Part shown: positions 1 through 9,849 of the stretch, piece after piece
Layout: every line of letters starts with the position of its first letter
How positions within the stretch are numbered: position 1 is the stretch's first letter
Sequence record: OZ035789.1
Strand: one strand, 5' to 3'
Source: Tequatrovirus BCH953P4
DNA: 64,000 nucleotides
Notes under the pieces: model-generated
Database searches by the model: none
Told to the model about the DNA's origin: nothing
Seen by the model: only the letters and a program-made list of their open reading frames with translations
Program-made: the position numbers and the translations under genes

Positions 1-675
1 GGTAGAATCAGCTTCAAGAGCTACCACATAATTCGCGTGTTCACCTTCAAATTTAGCAGCACCTTGTTTACCTTTTGCCCAGAGCAGAAGTTTATAATTT
101 CCTGGTTGCATTTTCATATTTGCCATATTGATAATGAAATTAAATGTATTTTCACCATCATAATCACCAAGAGTCAAAGAATATTTAACACGGGTCAGAG
201 CAGAATCTTCTACTTTATTAAAACCGTTAATTACGATTTTACCTTCTTTTACTGTGATAGCAATTGTATCAATCTGCAGACCGCGAGATACACGCAACAG
301 CTGTTGAAGGTCTTCAGCTTTAATTTCGGTAACAACAGATGCTACCGGGAATGGAATTGGTTTATTAGGAGCAACTACTGTACTCGGATCGGCTGCTGGC
401 CAAAAAATTGTTGAGCGAGCATCAGCAATTTTAATATTTCCATCTTCTGATTGCGAAATTTCTGCATCATCATTAACTAGAGACAGAATACCGAGAAAAC
501 CGTTCAAATCGTAAATTGCTACATCAAAATCAATAACGTCAGAAATATTTGCTTCCGCATAAGTTGTACCATTAACTGCGCGAGTCATAATAAATTGACC
601 GGATTTAAGCATAATACCGGAGTTAATAGTAGCGAAATTTTTCAAAATATTCAGTGTGTCTTTAGATAATTTCAT
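1..675 (-). CDS. 45: Sliding clamp gp45 (DNA polymerase processivity factor); last few codons lie beyond window start
   Basis: Minus-strand ATG at 675-673 translates [14 protein letters not shown]..., matching remembered T4 gp45 N-terminus; reading frame open to position 1. Confidence 0.85.
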   Translation of the reverse strand, partial: MKLSKDTLNILKNFATINSGIMLKSGQFIMTRAVNGTTYAEANISDVIDFDVAIYDLNGFLGILSLVNDDAEISQSEDGNIKIADARSTIFWPAADPSTVVAPNKPIPFPVASVVTEIKAEDLQQLLRVSRGLQIDTIAITVKEGKIVINGFNKVEDSALTRVKYSLTLGDYDGENTFNFIINMANMKMQPGNYKLLLWAKGKQGAAKFEGEHANYVVALEADST

Positions 676-1559
676 TTCAATTTCCTATTTACATAATAGT
701 TAGACCAGGACCGTACAGCACCCTGATAAGATTCGTCGTTAAACCCATTAGCTACTGCAATTTTACGAAATTTATTATAACTCGGTTTTCCGTAAGCATG
801 CCATAAAGATTTTAATTCATCTTCATGTTCAATCCAAGTTCCTCTAGCTTTAGATTTTCTAAATTTTGATTTGAATTCCGGTGAATTATTTCTAACAGTT
901 GCTTGAATTGAAGCCCTCTGTCTTCTTTCAGCATTATTCCATAACTCTTTTTGAGATTTAGAAATTTTTGATTTTACACTTTCTGAATTCATTATATCAC
1001 TAAACTTTTTAGCATAACTACAATCAAGATATTTCAATTTCATCTTATTTGAAAGTTTAAGCTTTTTCTCATCGGTCCAGTGATTCTTCATTGAATTAGA
1101 TATTTTGTATTTTACGTCAGAACTATGTTTGTAACCTTTACGAATACCAACATAATCGGGCGTAATTTCAGATTGCGAAAGCTTTACAATTTTTCCAGTT
1201 AAAACATTTTTATATGTTCCATATCCTTTAGCGCCAATTAAAGTATTTTCATCTGCGTATGCTTTATTAAAATATTTTATATTACTTTTTGCTTTAACTT
1301 TTAATTGAAAAAATCTTTCCAATTTTCTTGGATCTAATATAGTTTCAGCTAAAATTTTGACGGTATATTTAGTGGTTTTAATAAGCTCAAAATATTCATC
1401 GCTATAACTCGATGACACGCTTCCAGTATAAATCTTTCCAGCTGAATCAATTATATTTGTTCCATCGAAAATTGCGTCAATTTTCGAACCTATATAATAA
1501 CATGGAAAAATATTTTTAGCTTCCCGCTCTGGAAAGCTAATAAGATATACTAAATTCAT
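672..1559 (-). CDS. Putative free-standing GIY-YIG homing endonuclease (seg-like), 295 aa
   Basis: N-terminal LVYLIS...YYIGSK resembles GIY-YIG motif; lysine-rich C-terminal repeats resemble NUMOD3-type DNA-binding modules; ATGA start/stop overlaps with rpbA and gene 45. Confidence 0.55.
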   Translation of the reverse strand: MNLVYLISFPEREAKNIFPCYYIGSKIDAIFDGTNIIDSAGKIYTGSVSSSYSDEYFELIKTTKYTVKILAETILDPRKLERFFQLKVKAKSNIKYFNKAYADENTLIGAKGYGTYKNVLTGKIVKLSQSEITPDYVGIRKGYKHSSDVKYKISNSMKNHWTDEKKLKLSNKMKLKYLDCSYAKKFSDIMNSESVKSKISKSQKELWNNAERRQRASIQATVRNNSPEFKSKFRKSKARGTWIEHEDELKSLWHAYGKPSYNKFRKIAVANGFNDESYQGAVRSWSNYYVNRKLK

Positions 1560-1945
1560 TTATTAAAATCAGCTGCGATTGTTTCGGCAACAATTTGAGC
1601 AGCAACAATCAGACGTTCATCTGCATTGCCGCAATATTCATCTTCAAGGCGTTCACCACATGAAGTCATAATAAATTTAGCACCGGCGTTTAGGGATTCT
1701 GTAGTATGTTTGCGCATTAGTTCAATCCATTTATTACTTACTTCACGATCGATAGCTTCATAATACGCATGACGAGCAGGTGCAGATTTAATTTTGTTCT
1801 GAATAACTTCCATTGCGTTATCAGAAAGAGACAAAACCCATGCTCGACGAATTTTATTTTGGTTTTGTGGATTTGATTCAGAACGCACGTGTTTTGGCTG
1901 AATATCTTTTACATCAACAGTATAATTCACAGTAATTTTAGTCAT
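1556..1945 (-). CDS. rpbA: RNA polymerase-binding protein RpbA-like, 129 aa
   Basis: 129 aa ORF with ATG start in the T4 rpbA position between genes 45 and 46; length matches remembered T4 RpbA. Confidence 0.6.
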   Translation of the reverse strand: MTKITVNYTVDVKDIQPKHVRSESNPQNQNKIRRAWVLSLSDNAMEVIQNKIKSAPARHAYYEAIDREVSNKWIELMRKHTTESLNAGAKFIMTSCGERLEDEYCGNADERLIVAAQIVAETIAADFNK

Positions 1946-1954
1946 AATACACCT

Positions 1955-2146
1955 TTAGTCATAATAATCAGTGACAGTCCAAGCTTCATTTCTATTGGAC
2001 ATTATTTTTGTATATTCTGCTTTAAATGCATTCCTAAGCATAGATTCAGTAACTATATGCTCTTCATTAGAAAAATTATTTCTCAGAATATATCGTTTTA
2101 TTTCAGGAATAGTTAATAGATGCTGTCCGGTTGAATATTCTGCCAC
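1955..2146 (-). CDS. 45.2: Small early protein, 45.2-like, 63 aa, GTG start
   Basis: ORF track; GTG start preceded by GGAGGAA Shine-Dalgarno; positional equivalent of T4 45.2. Confidence 0.45.
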   Translation of the reverse strand: MAEYSTGQHLLTIPEIKRYILRNNFSNEEHIVTESMLRNAFKAEYTKIMSNRNEAWTVTDYYD

Positions 2147-2156
2147 AATTCCTCCG

Positions 2157-2164
2157 TATAAATA
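2157..2164 (+). promoter_or_regulatory. Late promoter -10 element TATAAATA
   Basis: Exact TATAAATA about 33 nt upstream of the plus-strand HNH endonuclease ATG at 2198, followed by AAAAGGA Shine-Dalgarno. Confidence 0.55.
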
Positions 2165-2197
2165 TGTTTATCACTCGCTGTATCAAAAGGATATGTT

Positions 2198-2914
2198 ATG
2201 AATTATAAACTAATTTATGAAAAGTTAATCTCTAATGCTAAATCTCGAAAACTTGATTGCTATACTGAATCTCATCACATTATACCACGCTGTTTAAATG
2301 GCAGCGATGATGCTTCAAACTTAGTAGATTTAACACCAGAAGAGCACTATGTAGCTCATCAACTTTTAGTAAAAATTTATCCTTCTGAACCAAAATTAGT
2401 ATATGCTGCTAACATGATGACAGTTTCCACGAAATACGCTAAACGCAACAATAAAACTTTCGGTTGGATTCGTCGTAAACTCTGGGAAATAGAAAAGAAC
2501 AAAGAATTCTCCCAGGAGACACGAAAGAAAATGTCTGATGCAGTAGCTAATAAAGCAAGACTAACTTGTCCTCATTGCGGTAAGTCTGGATTAAGCGGGA
2601 ATATGAATCGTTGGCATTTTGATAACTGCCCAAATCACCCTAATCCTAAAGTTAGACCACCAATGTCTAAAGAACACAGAAATAATATCTCAAACGGGCT
2701 TAAAGCAATCGTTCTTGAAGAAACATCTTGCGAATTCTGCGGAATGATAGGCAAGAAATGCGTTATCGCAGCGCATAGAAATTTCTGCAAGAAAAATCCA
2801 AATGGACGCAAGAAAACTGAAAAGACTGGTACTTGCGTCCATTGTGGTAAAGTTACCACTTTCGGAAATTTATCAAGATGGCATAATGATAACTGTAAAT
2901 ATAAACCTAGCTAA
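2198..2914 (+). CDS. HNH homing endonuclease, mob family, 238 aa, with three tandem Cys-rich zinc-finger-like repeats
   Basis: HHIIPRCLNGSDDASNLVDLTPEEHYVAH motif nearly identical to the mobB-like ORF at 7496-8290; repeats CPHCGK...WHFDNC, CEFCGM...HRNFC, CVHCGK...WHNDNC; opposite strand to flanking early genes. Confidence 0.8.
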   Translation: MNYKLIYEKLISNAKSRKLDCYTESHHIIPRCLNGSDDASNLVDLTPEEHYVAHQLLVKIYPSEPKLVYAANMMTVSTKYAKRNNKTFGWIRRKLWEIEKNKEFSQETRKKMSDAVANKARLTCPHCGKSGLSGNMNRWHFDNCPNHPNPKVRPPMSKEHRNNISNGLKAIVLEETSCEFCGMIGKKCVIAAHRNFCKKNPNGRKKTEKTGTCVHCGKVTTFGNLSRWHNDNCKYKPS

Positions 2915-4595
2915 TCTTAGCTAAACTAAATCTACCAACTTTTTCCATCTGAATATGCTGACCATATTCTTGTGGGTCATGGTCTTTATGCGAAATTATG
3001 AAGAAGTTGGTATCCTTCAAACCATCTAAAATTTTAGCTACATTTTTAATACCTTCAGCATCAAATGCACCGTCATACACTTCATCAAGAAATAAACAAC
3101 TTATTTTAACACCTGAAACTTTTTCAGCAATATCACGCCAAGTAAATAAAAGAGCAATATCAATTCGTGCTTTTTCACCTTGACTGAATGAAGCATAACT
3201 AAAATCTTCACGACCACGGGATTTAATTGTCTCATTAAATTCTTCATCTAATGTAAACACATAATCCGCTTCCATTATTTTAAGATAATGGTTAATCTGC
3301 TTATTAAATAATGGAATGTACTTTTTAATAATAGCACCTTTAATACCAGAATCTTTGAGCATATCAGTCAAAATTCCTCGGTGGTATTTTTCCATTACTA
3401 AATTAGTTTTTGTCTTAACAATTTTATCAAGTTCTTCTTGAAGCAGTGCTATTTCATCAGCATGGTCAATAAACTCAGAAGATGCTTTTTCTATAGCCGC
3501 TTTAACCTTTTTAGCTTTATCTACTGCTGCGATCAAAGATTGCTTTTTATTGCGAATATCATTTGCCAACGACTGTTGGGTTTTAATATTATCTCGGTAT
3601 TCATCAACAAGAACTTTTAAATTATCACGATGTGTTGAAAGCTGTTCAAACGAATGCGTACATTCAGAAACTTTATCTTTAATTTTAGAAACAACTTTAT
3701 CACCGGAACTCAATTGTGACAAACAGGTTGGACATAATCCACCTTCGTGATACATATTAATGACTTTATTATACGAGTCAATTTTTGATTTAATTAAAAA
3801 TGCTTCTTGACCGATTTTATTAAATGCATCAGTTGGGTCTTCGTCTAAAACAATATTAACTAATCTTTCATTAGCTTCTTCTATTTCCGATTTTAGCGTT
3901 CTAGCTTCTTTTGCCAAATCATCATACATATTTTGCAGACGAGTAAGGTTGTCACCCGTTAATTTTTTCTGGCGTTCAACGTTATCATTATATATTTTAA
4001 TTTGTTGGATAATACTATCTTTTTTAACATCAAGCACTTGGTTCTGCGAATTTAATTCGCGTATTAGTGCTTTATTAAGCTTATCCATTTCAGCTAATGT
4101 TCCTACCTCAAGCAGGTCTTCCACAAGCTTTCTTCGCGCAGGGGTCGACAAACCCATGAAAGGGGTATACCCTGCTGTACCAAGGACAACAATCTGCTTG
4201 AAACTGGCATATGACATTCCGATAAGCTGTTCAAATTCTGCTTGGAAATCTTTACTGCTGGCAGATTCATTAAGACGTGTACCGTTAACGGTGATTTCGA
4301 AAACGTTTGGTTTTTGTCCTCTTTTGATATAGTACTTTTTCTCATCATATTCCATCCACAGTTCAACTAAAAGTTCTTTCTTATTTGTGCTGTTTATTAA
4401 TTGACCTTTCTTTACATCACGAAATGGCTTGCCAAAAAGCCCAAACGTGATGGCTTCTAGCATAGTAGACTTACCACCGCCATTTCGTCCAGTAATAAGA
4501 GTTTTTTGAACCTTATCTAATTGAATGTCAATCCCATTTTGACCAACTGACATTATATTTTTATATTTTACTCTATTAAGTTTAAAATTCTTCAC
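2907..4595 (-). CDS. 46: Recombination nuclease ATPase subunit gp46 (Rad50/SbcC-like), 562 aa, GTG start
   Basis: Walker A GRNGGGKST near N-terminus, long coiled-coil middle, CPTC zinc hook-like motif; AAGGAA Shine-Dalgarno before GTG; size matches T4 gp46. Confidence 0.9.
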   Translation of the reverse strand: MKNFKLNRVKYKNIMSVGQNGIDIQLDKVQKTLITGRNGGGKSTMLEAITFGLFGKPFRDVKKGQLINSTNKKELLVELWMEYDEKKYYIKRGQKPNVFEITVNGTRLNESASSKDFQAEFEQLIGMSYASFKQIVVLGTAGYTPFMGLSTPARRKLVEDLLEVGTLAEMDKLNKALIRELNSQNQVLDVKKDSIIQQIKIYNDNVERQKKLTGDNLTRLQNMYDDLAKEARTLKSEIEEANERLVNIVLDEDPTDAFNKIGQEAFLIKSKIDSYNKVINMYHEGGLCPTCLSQLSSGDKVVSKIKDKVSECTHSFEQLSTHRDNLKVLVDEYRDNIKTQQSLANDIRNKKQSLIAAVDKAKKVKAAIEKASSEFIDHADEIALLQEELDKIVKTKTNLVMEKYHRGILTDMLKDSGIKGAIIKKYIPLFNKQINHYLKIMEADYVFTLDEEFNETIKSRGREDFSYASFSQGEKARIDIALLFTWRDIAEKVSGVKISCLFLDEVYDGAFDAEGIKNVAKILDGLKDTNFFIISHKDHDPQEYGQHIQMEKVGRFSLAKIS

Positions 4596-4807
4596 AAAAG
4601 ATTCCTTTTAATGTATCTTTTAGACCATTCTATCATATCATCATAATCTAAAAAGTATTCATCAAATTCAGCCATGCAAACAACACCTTGCGCTGTTTTT
4701 GATGTGATATAAATTATTCCAACATATCTAGAATCTTCTTCGGTATAATTAATGTTTGCTATGAATTCATCATTAATGTCAAATGTCGAAAACTTCACAG
4801 TATGCAT
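4592..4807 (-). CDS. Hypothetical protein (46.1 position), start refined to internal ATG
   Basis: ORF track 4592-4855 begins at a non-ATG codon and overlaps the next ORF; internal Met 17 is an ATG at 4807. Confidence 0.4.
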   Translation of the reverse strand: MHTVKFSTFDINDEFIANINYTEEDSRYVGIIYITSKTAQGVVCMAEFDEYFLDYDDMIEWSKRYIKRNLL

Positions 4808-5042
4808 CCTTAATACAAGATACAGCCATATCTCGTAATGATTTAGGTGTGTCATTATCTAAAATGTTGAAGTTAAAAGATACAGCCCAGTCAGTGCAGA
4901 CCGTGACCTTTTTAATACAATTATCTTCAGCCTCTAACGGTTCAAACCAATATTCAATAATTTCTTTATGTCCAATATCATCTTTTACTTCGCATTCAAA
5001 ATGCTGACTCATCATAACATTTTTAAATTCATCAAAAGTCAT
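4779..5042 (-). CDS. Hypothetical protein (46.2 position), 87 aa
   Basis: ORF track; ATG start; stop overlaps downstream ORF; ATGA overlap with gene 47 stop. Confidence 0.5.
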   Translation of the reverse strand: MTFDEFKNVMMSQHFECEVKDDIGHKEIIEYWFEPLEAEDNCIKKVTVCTDWAVSFNFNILDNDTPKSLRDMAVSCIKDAYCEVFDI

Positions 5043-6058
5043 TGTGTTGCCTCTACATATAACTGATTTGCATATTGAATAAGTGCTTCACGGTCAGAAT
5101 CAGTGATGTCTGGAATTGCATTAATGTATTCTTCCATCAACGTCTGAAGAGATTGAACTTCAACTTCTTCACTGTCATCTGACTCGACAGAGTTATCAAT
5201 TTTTGACACAACTCGTAATGAATGCACAACTTTTTCTAGTTCAGATTCGAACTTCGTTAGATTTTTGTCTACTTCAGTTACTATAACACGTACTGATAGA
5301 TTTGTAAAATCTTTATAGTCAATTTTTCCTTTAAATGGATAATGAATTCTACGATGCCAGGTAGTGTTGTTTGGAATAAATTCCATTTGTTCTGTTTCTG
5401 TATCAAACATCCAGAACCCACGAGGGTCATTCTCGTCACCTGCAGTTAGTGTCCATGGTGTCCCAATATATCTGACGTTAGCAGCCTCAGAGATAGTATG
5501 GAAGTGACCAGACCACACTTCTTTATAAGTCTTAAGGAAATCAGGTTCAAGACCATGAGATTTCATTCCTTTATAAAAATAAAATCCGTTCAGTTCCCAG
5601 TGACCAACGCAAAAAGAAGCAGATGAAGTTTTGATGTGTTCAAGAATTTCACCAGTATTTTCTTCACACATCCAAGGAATTAAATCAATTAAACATCCGT
5701 CAAAATCTACTGTAGTAGGCTTATCATATACTTTAACATTAGGATATTTAGCCAAAAGCTCAGTAGAGGCATTTGGATGCATTACATTTTTGTAGTGGAG
5801 ATCGTGATTTCCTACAATAGTATGTAATGTGATTCCAGCATCATCAAGCATTTGAACTATTTCACGGGCAAACTCCATAGTTTTATGTGTGATCGCTTTT
5901 CGTACATCAAAAATATCACCATATTGAATCCATACAGTAATTCCATTTTTCTTAGAATATTCTATCGCTTGTTTAATTCCATCAATTTGAATACCGCGAA
6001 TCCACTCATCATCGGCTTTAACGCCTAAATGCCAATCACCTAAATTTAAAATTTTCAT
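5039..6058 (-). CDS. 47: Recombination nuclease subunit gp47 (Mre11/SbcD-like phosphoesterase), 339 aa
   Basis: MKILNLGDWHLG and GNHD calcineurin-like phosphoesterase motifs; size matches T4 gp47. Confidence 0.9.
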   Translation of the reverse strand: MKILNLGDWHLGVKADDEWIRGIQIDGIKQAIEYSKKNGITVWIQYGDIFDVRKAITHKTMEFAREIVQMLDDAGITLHTIVGNHDLHYKNVMHPNASTELLAKYPNVKVYDKPTTVDFDGCLIDLIPWMCEENTGEILEHIKTSSASFCVGHWELNGFYFYKGMKSHGLEPDFLKTYKEVWSGHFHTISEAANVRYIGTPWTLTAGDENDPRGFWMFDTETEQMEFIPNNTTWHRRIHYPFKGKIDYKDFTNLSVRVIVTEVDKNLTKFESELEKVVHSLRVVSKIDNSVESDDSEEVEVQSLQTLMEEYINAIPDITDSDREALIQYANQLYVEATQ

Positions 6059-6195
6059 ATATCAAGAACCGTCATTGAAATGCAAAATAAAATTATTGAA
6101 ATAAATCCATCTGGAGTGCTAAAGAACCCAATCCAACATGCTCTAGTGAATAGATAAAATGCAAGAAAAAGTATCACATATCCAAGAAATATCAT
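6055..6195 (-). CDS. Small hydrophobic protein, 46 aa (47.1 position), not in ORF track
   Basis: Hand translation from ATG at 6195-6193: MIFLGYVILFLAFYLFTRACWIGFFSTPDGFISIILFCISMTVLDI; GGAG Shine-Dalgarno; stop overlaps gene 47 ATG. Confidence 0.4.
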   Translation of the reverse strand: MIFLGYVILFLAFYLFTRACWIGFFSTPDGFISIILFCISMTVLDI

Positions 6196-6218
6196 TATAT
6201 CAAACTCCGTATAAAGCT

Positions 6219-6236
6219 AAAGGGCCGAAGCCCTTT
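6219..6236 (-). other. Intercistronic RNA hairpin with UUCG tetraloop (transcript AAAGGGC-UUCG-GCCCUUU)
   Basis: 7-bp inverted repeat overlapping the a-gt stop codon. Confidence 0.5.
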
Positions 6237-7437
6237 ATTTTGTAATAATGTCAAACTGTTCTTTAAAGCAGAAGCTTGAATCTTGATGCTGATACAAAAA
6301 TTCATATGCTTTTTCTCGCTCACGGTCATAAAGAGCTCGGTCAGATGACAGTTCTTTAATACGCTCGAATGTTGATTCCATGTCATTTTCATCAAACCAA
6401 ACGATACCGCTATCATGCGAGGTCAAAGGAGTATTATCAACACGGAATTTTAAATTTTCGCCAGTAGATTTCCAAAATACCGGAATTGTTCCACATGCAC
6501 CAAGCTCGAGGTGAGTATATTCTAAAGAGCGCTGTAGATATTTTTTATCCAACTTACTCAACTGATAACCAAATCCGGATTTACTCATACGTTCAAGCAT
6601 TTCGCTATTTACATAACGATCGAGAATTTGCGTTGGTAAATTAGGAGCAATTTTAATTTGGTCTACTTGATGAAGACGATAATACTCGTATGGAATTCCT
6701 TTTTCTTTAATAGGAATGAACGCTGGAGAACGTTCCAGACCTTCCATAATAGTACTTAGTCCTGCAGGTTTAAGATGTTTTTCGTGAAAATCAAACATCT
6801 GATAAAAACCTTTCCATGTAGTCGTACGACCAATCCAACGGTTGATATTCATGTTAATTTCAGAAACATCTTTCCAGTAGGTTGATCGAACCTTCGCAAT
6901 ATCCATAGGAGGCTGAAAGTTGTATACGGTCGGTGCTTCTTCAATATCATCAAACAGAGAAACTGTTTCTGGATACCATTCTTTCATCAGAACTTTATTA
7001 AAATCACCATTATCAGAATGGCTAAAAATAACATCAGCTCGACGAACAGTTTCTTCTAATCCCAAATTTCGACGCAAAGAAAGAGAAGAATGGTCATGTT
7101 GATAAACTACAACACGAACCGAAGGTTTAATGTTATCAATAATTTTTTTATAGTTATTAATAGTGTCTTCTTCAACTGAAGTAGCAGGAACGGAATTGAT
7201 AATTAGAATATCACAATCATTTACCAGCTTAAGTGTTTTATCGTATTCTTTTGCCAATAAAACCGGAATTGAAAATGATTTATAATCATGCGCGCAATTA
7301 CGGGTAAATGATTTATCTTTAGCATAAACCAAAGTTACTTCATGACCATTTTTAATAAACCAATCACGCTGCTCAAGAGAAAATTTAGTTACACCGCAAC
7401 CTTCAAGACCCCGAGCCATAAAAATGCAAATACGCAT
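6235..7437 (-). CDS. a-gt: DNA alpha-glucosyltransferase, 400 aa, start refined to ATG at 7437
   Basis: Refined N-terminus MRICIFMARGLEGCGVTKFSLEQRDWF matches remembered T4 a-gt; AAAGAGGAAA Shine-Dalgarno; ORF-track start is an upstream TTG. Confidence 0.85.
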   Translation of the reverse strand: MRICIFMARGLEGCGVTKFSLEQRDWFIKNGHEVTLVYAKDKSFTRNCAHDYKSFSIPVLLAKEYDKTLKLVNDCDILIINSVPATSVEEDTINNYKKIIDNIKPSVRVVVYQHDHSSLSLRRNLGLEETVRRADVIFSHSDNGDFNKVLMKEWYPETVSLFDDIEEAPTVYNFQPPMDIAKVRSTYWKDVSEINMNINRWIGRTTTWKGFYQMFDFHEKHLKPAGLSTIMEGLERSPAFIPIKEKGIPYEYYRLHQVDQIKIAPNLPTQILDRYVNSEMLERMSKSGFGYQLSKLDKKYLQRSLEYTHLELGACGTIPVFWKSTGENLKFRVDNTPLTSHDSGIVWFDENDMESTFERIKELSSDRALYDREREKAYEFLYQHQDSSFCFKEQFDIITK

Positions 7438-7495
7438 AGTTTTCCTCTTTTCATTCAATAAATCATGTAAATAATATTTTATTTTCTATAAAACG

Positions 7496-8290
7496 CTACG
7501 AATAGGCCCAAACATATCCATAAGCAATTTTGCTTTTTCCAGATATACACTTTTTAATATTAGACATGCATCCTTTAACGGATACAGCTGCGTCTTTAAT
7601 TTTAGGAAATACTCGTAATAATTTTCCAGTAGTATCATATTGAAATACTGGCACATTTCTTTTCTGAGTTATCCCACGTTTAGATTTAGACATTTTTTGT
7701 TTAGTTGCATTAGACATCCTAGAGGGCTTTCCTATGTTATCAGAATAATAATATTTCCATTGAAATCCTCCAGCGGTTTTCCTTTTCCCATCTACACATT
7801 GTTTAATTGAACTTGAACAGCTATATGACATATCTTCTGCAGCATCTGTAATACATCTATATTTGCGAATAAAATTTCCATTTAAATCATATTGATAAAT
7901 TGGTTTTCCAGCATTTCGTCTAGCGTTAGACATGTATTTTTTATTATCATCATCTTTCCAGAACTCTTTCATGCCTTCCGATATTGAGGAAGATACAGCT
8001 GTTTTAATCCATCCATACATTTTATTATTTAGTCTTGTTCCGTCAGAACTATAACACATCATACGAATAGCTAAAGCCAATTTAGGAAGTCTATAAATTT
8101 TAAATAATAATAAATGCGCGGTAAAATGTTCTTCTGGTGTCAAAAGAACTAAATTAGTTTTATCATCTGTACCACCCATACATCTAGGAATTATATGATG
8201 AGTTTCAGTATAGTATGTCAAAAGACTTTTATCATTGCCTCTGTTTAGTCCTTTTTCGATCAGTAAATTATATATGTTTAAATAATTCAT
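7496..8290 (-). CDS. mobB: HNH homing endonuclease, MobB-like, 264 aa
   Basis: THHIIPRCMGGTDDKTNLVLLTPEEHFTAH HNH motif; basic C-terminal half; T4 mobB position next to a-gt. Confidence 0.75.
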   Translation of the reverse strand: MNYLNIYNLLIEKGLNRGNDKSLLTYYTETHHIIPRCMGGTDDKTNLVLLTPEEHFTAHLLLFKIYRLPKLALAIRMMCYSSDGTRLNNKMYGWIKTAVSSSISEGMKEFWKDDDNKKYMSNARRNAGKPIYQYDLNGNFIRKYRCITDAAEDMSYSCSSSIKQCVDGKRKTAGGFQWKYYYSDNIGKPSRMSNATKQKMSKSKRGITQKRNVPVFQYDTTGKLLRVFPKIKDAAVSVKGCMSNIKKCISGKSKIAYGYVWAYS

Positions 8291-8308
8291 TTTAATTATT
8301 TTATCAAA

Positions 8309-8316
8309 AATTTATA
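8309..8316 (-). promoter_or_regulatory. Near-consensus late promoter (TATAAATT) upstream of mobB-like gene
   Basis: 7 of 8 match to TATAAATA, about 18 nt upstream of the ATG at 8290. Confidence 0.3.
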
Positions 8317-8324
8317 AAGCAATA

Positions 8325-8342
8325 TAGGAGCCGAAGCTCCTA
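8325..8342 (-). other. RNA hairpin with UUCG tetraloop (UAGGAGC-UUCG-GCUCCUA)
   Basis: 7-bp inverted repeat with cgaa loop on plus strand. Confidence 0.5.
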
Positions 8343-8516
8343 TCCACATAATACGCCATACAAAGGCTCATTAGAGCTTCTAAATTTTATGCGCTTATAT
8401 GTTATAGTTCCTTCTGCTTTAGCTTTATCATGAGACTCTTTAAAGCGTCTCATGATTTCTACTTTAGAGGAACGAATTTTATTATAATCTATTTCAGAAG
8501 TCTGGGTGTTCATCTT

Positions 8517-8720
8517 TCATAACTGCCACCATTTTTTGACTTGATAAGAATCAACCCACACTTTCATATTAGGGTCTGCTCTTACAATAGGAGGATTAAC
8601 TTCTTTAATTGAACTATCATGGTATTCTTTTTCAGAAATTTTCACACAAAGATGACCATTCAAAGATTCAGTAAATCCTGCATTAATTTTAAGACGCTTG
8701 AATTTTACGTGTGTAAGCAT
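8517..8720 (-). CDS. Hypothetical protein, 67 aa
   Basis: ORF track; start moved to first ATG (residue 2). Confidence 0.4.
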   Translation of the reverse strand: MLTHVKFKRLKINAGFTESLNGHLCVKISEKEYHDSSIKEVNPPIVRADPNMKVWVDSYQVKKWWQL

Positions 8721-9006
8721 CAATCATATCCTCAATCTGCGATCTAGTAGTCTTCCAAAGAATACTGATGAGTTCATCGTTATATGGCTGTTTTAGAATA
8801 TCCCGACTTTTCTTGATAGCATATTCGTATTGAGCAAAATTATTATTTTCAGCTGCGATCTGAGCGTGCTTATAAAGACGATTCAGTTCGCGTTTGTTTT
8901 TAGACAATAACTTATTTGCTTTTCTTTCTGCTTCAAGACGGTTCTTTTCTTCAATAGAAGAAATAAGCTTTTCCACTTCATCATTAATTTCGGGTTTATC
9001 AGTCAT
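8689..9006 (-). CDS. Hypothetical coiled-coil protein, 105 aa
   Basis: ORF track; ATG start. Confidence 0.5.
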   Translation of the reverse strand: MTDKPEINDEVEKLISSIEEKNRLEAERKANKLLSKNKRELNRLYKHAQIAAENNNFAQYEYAIKKSRDILKQPYNDELISILWKTTRSQIEDMIDAYTRKIQAS

Positions 9007-9007
9007 A

Positions 9008-9226
9008 TTATTTCTCTAATATAAAATAAAAATCATCATCTGTTAAATGATACCGATAGTTTAATTCTACACCATTAGATTTAAAAGCGGTATCATACGG
9101 ATTTTCTGGATCAATATCAATGTCAAGAGCTAAAACTTCCCTGAGATACATTTTAAGTAAATAGGGAATAGCTTCAACTTCAGGTATTTCTTCCAAGAAT
9201 CCGGAGAGGTTAATCGTTAGCCTCAT
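9008..9226 (-). CDS. Hypothetical acidic protein, 72 aa
   Basis: ORF track; ATG start; overlaps gene 55 stop. Confidence 0.5.
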
Positions 9227-9767
9227 ATAAAAAATCCAAACTAGGAGAATCGTCTACAACACTTTTCTTTTCAGCCCCCGGTGTTCTATAGGTTGATTCT
9301 TCGTAATGCGTCATTTTATCGTAGATGTCTTGAATAAAAGTTTCATCTACTAACGCAACCATATCGTCGTCACGGCTGTCATAGACATTGTGAACGAAGT
9401 AACTATATTTCTTTGCAACTTCCTTACGTTCTTTTTTAATACGTTGGACGAATGCATTAAAACAAGCTTGAGTTATATACGCATGTGGGTTTTTATATTT
9501 CGTTTCATCAAAATTATGAAGCCCCTTAATAGAAGCTTCTATACCATCTGCAATCATTTCTTGTTTCCAAGACTGGGTGTATCCTGAAAAGTTGAAACGT
9601 TTAGATAAGCCTTCTGCAATAAGCATAATGGCTAATCCGATAGTATCATTCTGACGAACTACTTTATTTGGGTCTTTATTATTTGCTAATTCTGTTTTCC
9701 AATCGATAATAGCTTGTAAAAGCTCTTTATTGTTTACGTAATTATATTTAGGCTTAGTTTCTGACAT
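9210..9767 (-). CDS. 55: Late-transcription sigma factor gp55, 185 aa
   Basis: Refined start [20 protein letters not shown]... with AAGAGGTGA Shine-Dalgarno; size and sequence match remembered T4 gp55. Confidence 0.9.
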
Positions 9768-9849
9768 TTTCACCTCTTAGCTCAATTCATAGATCTATTA
9801 TATCATAATATTTGAAGATCTATCTTAAAGCATAGAGGATGAATCAATT

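Noticed and set aside
37-414. Plus-strand 125-aa ORF
   Set aside because: Lies entirely antisense within the gene 45 coding region, with low-complexity Phe/Ile-rich sequence; typical AT-rich antisense artefact.
1889-2201. Plus-strand ORFs 1889-2116 and 1971-2201
   Set aside because: Antisense to rpbA and 45.2 and overlap the late promoter; no Shine-Dalgarno; the real plus-strand gene begins at 2198.
6195-6416. Minus-strand 73-aa ORF overlapping the a-gt 3' end
   Set aside because: Overlaps a-gt in another frame over most of its length; the short 47.1-like ORF (6055-6195) with its own ATG and Shine-Dalgarno explains the interval better.
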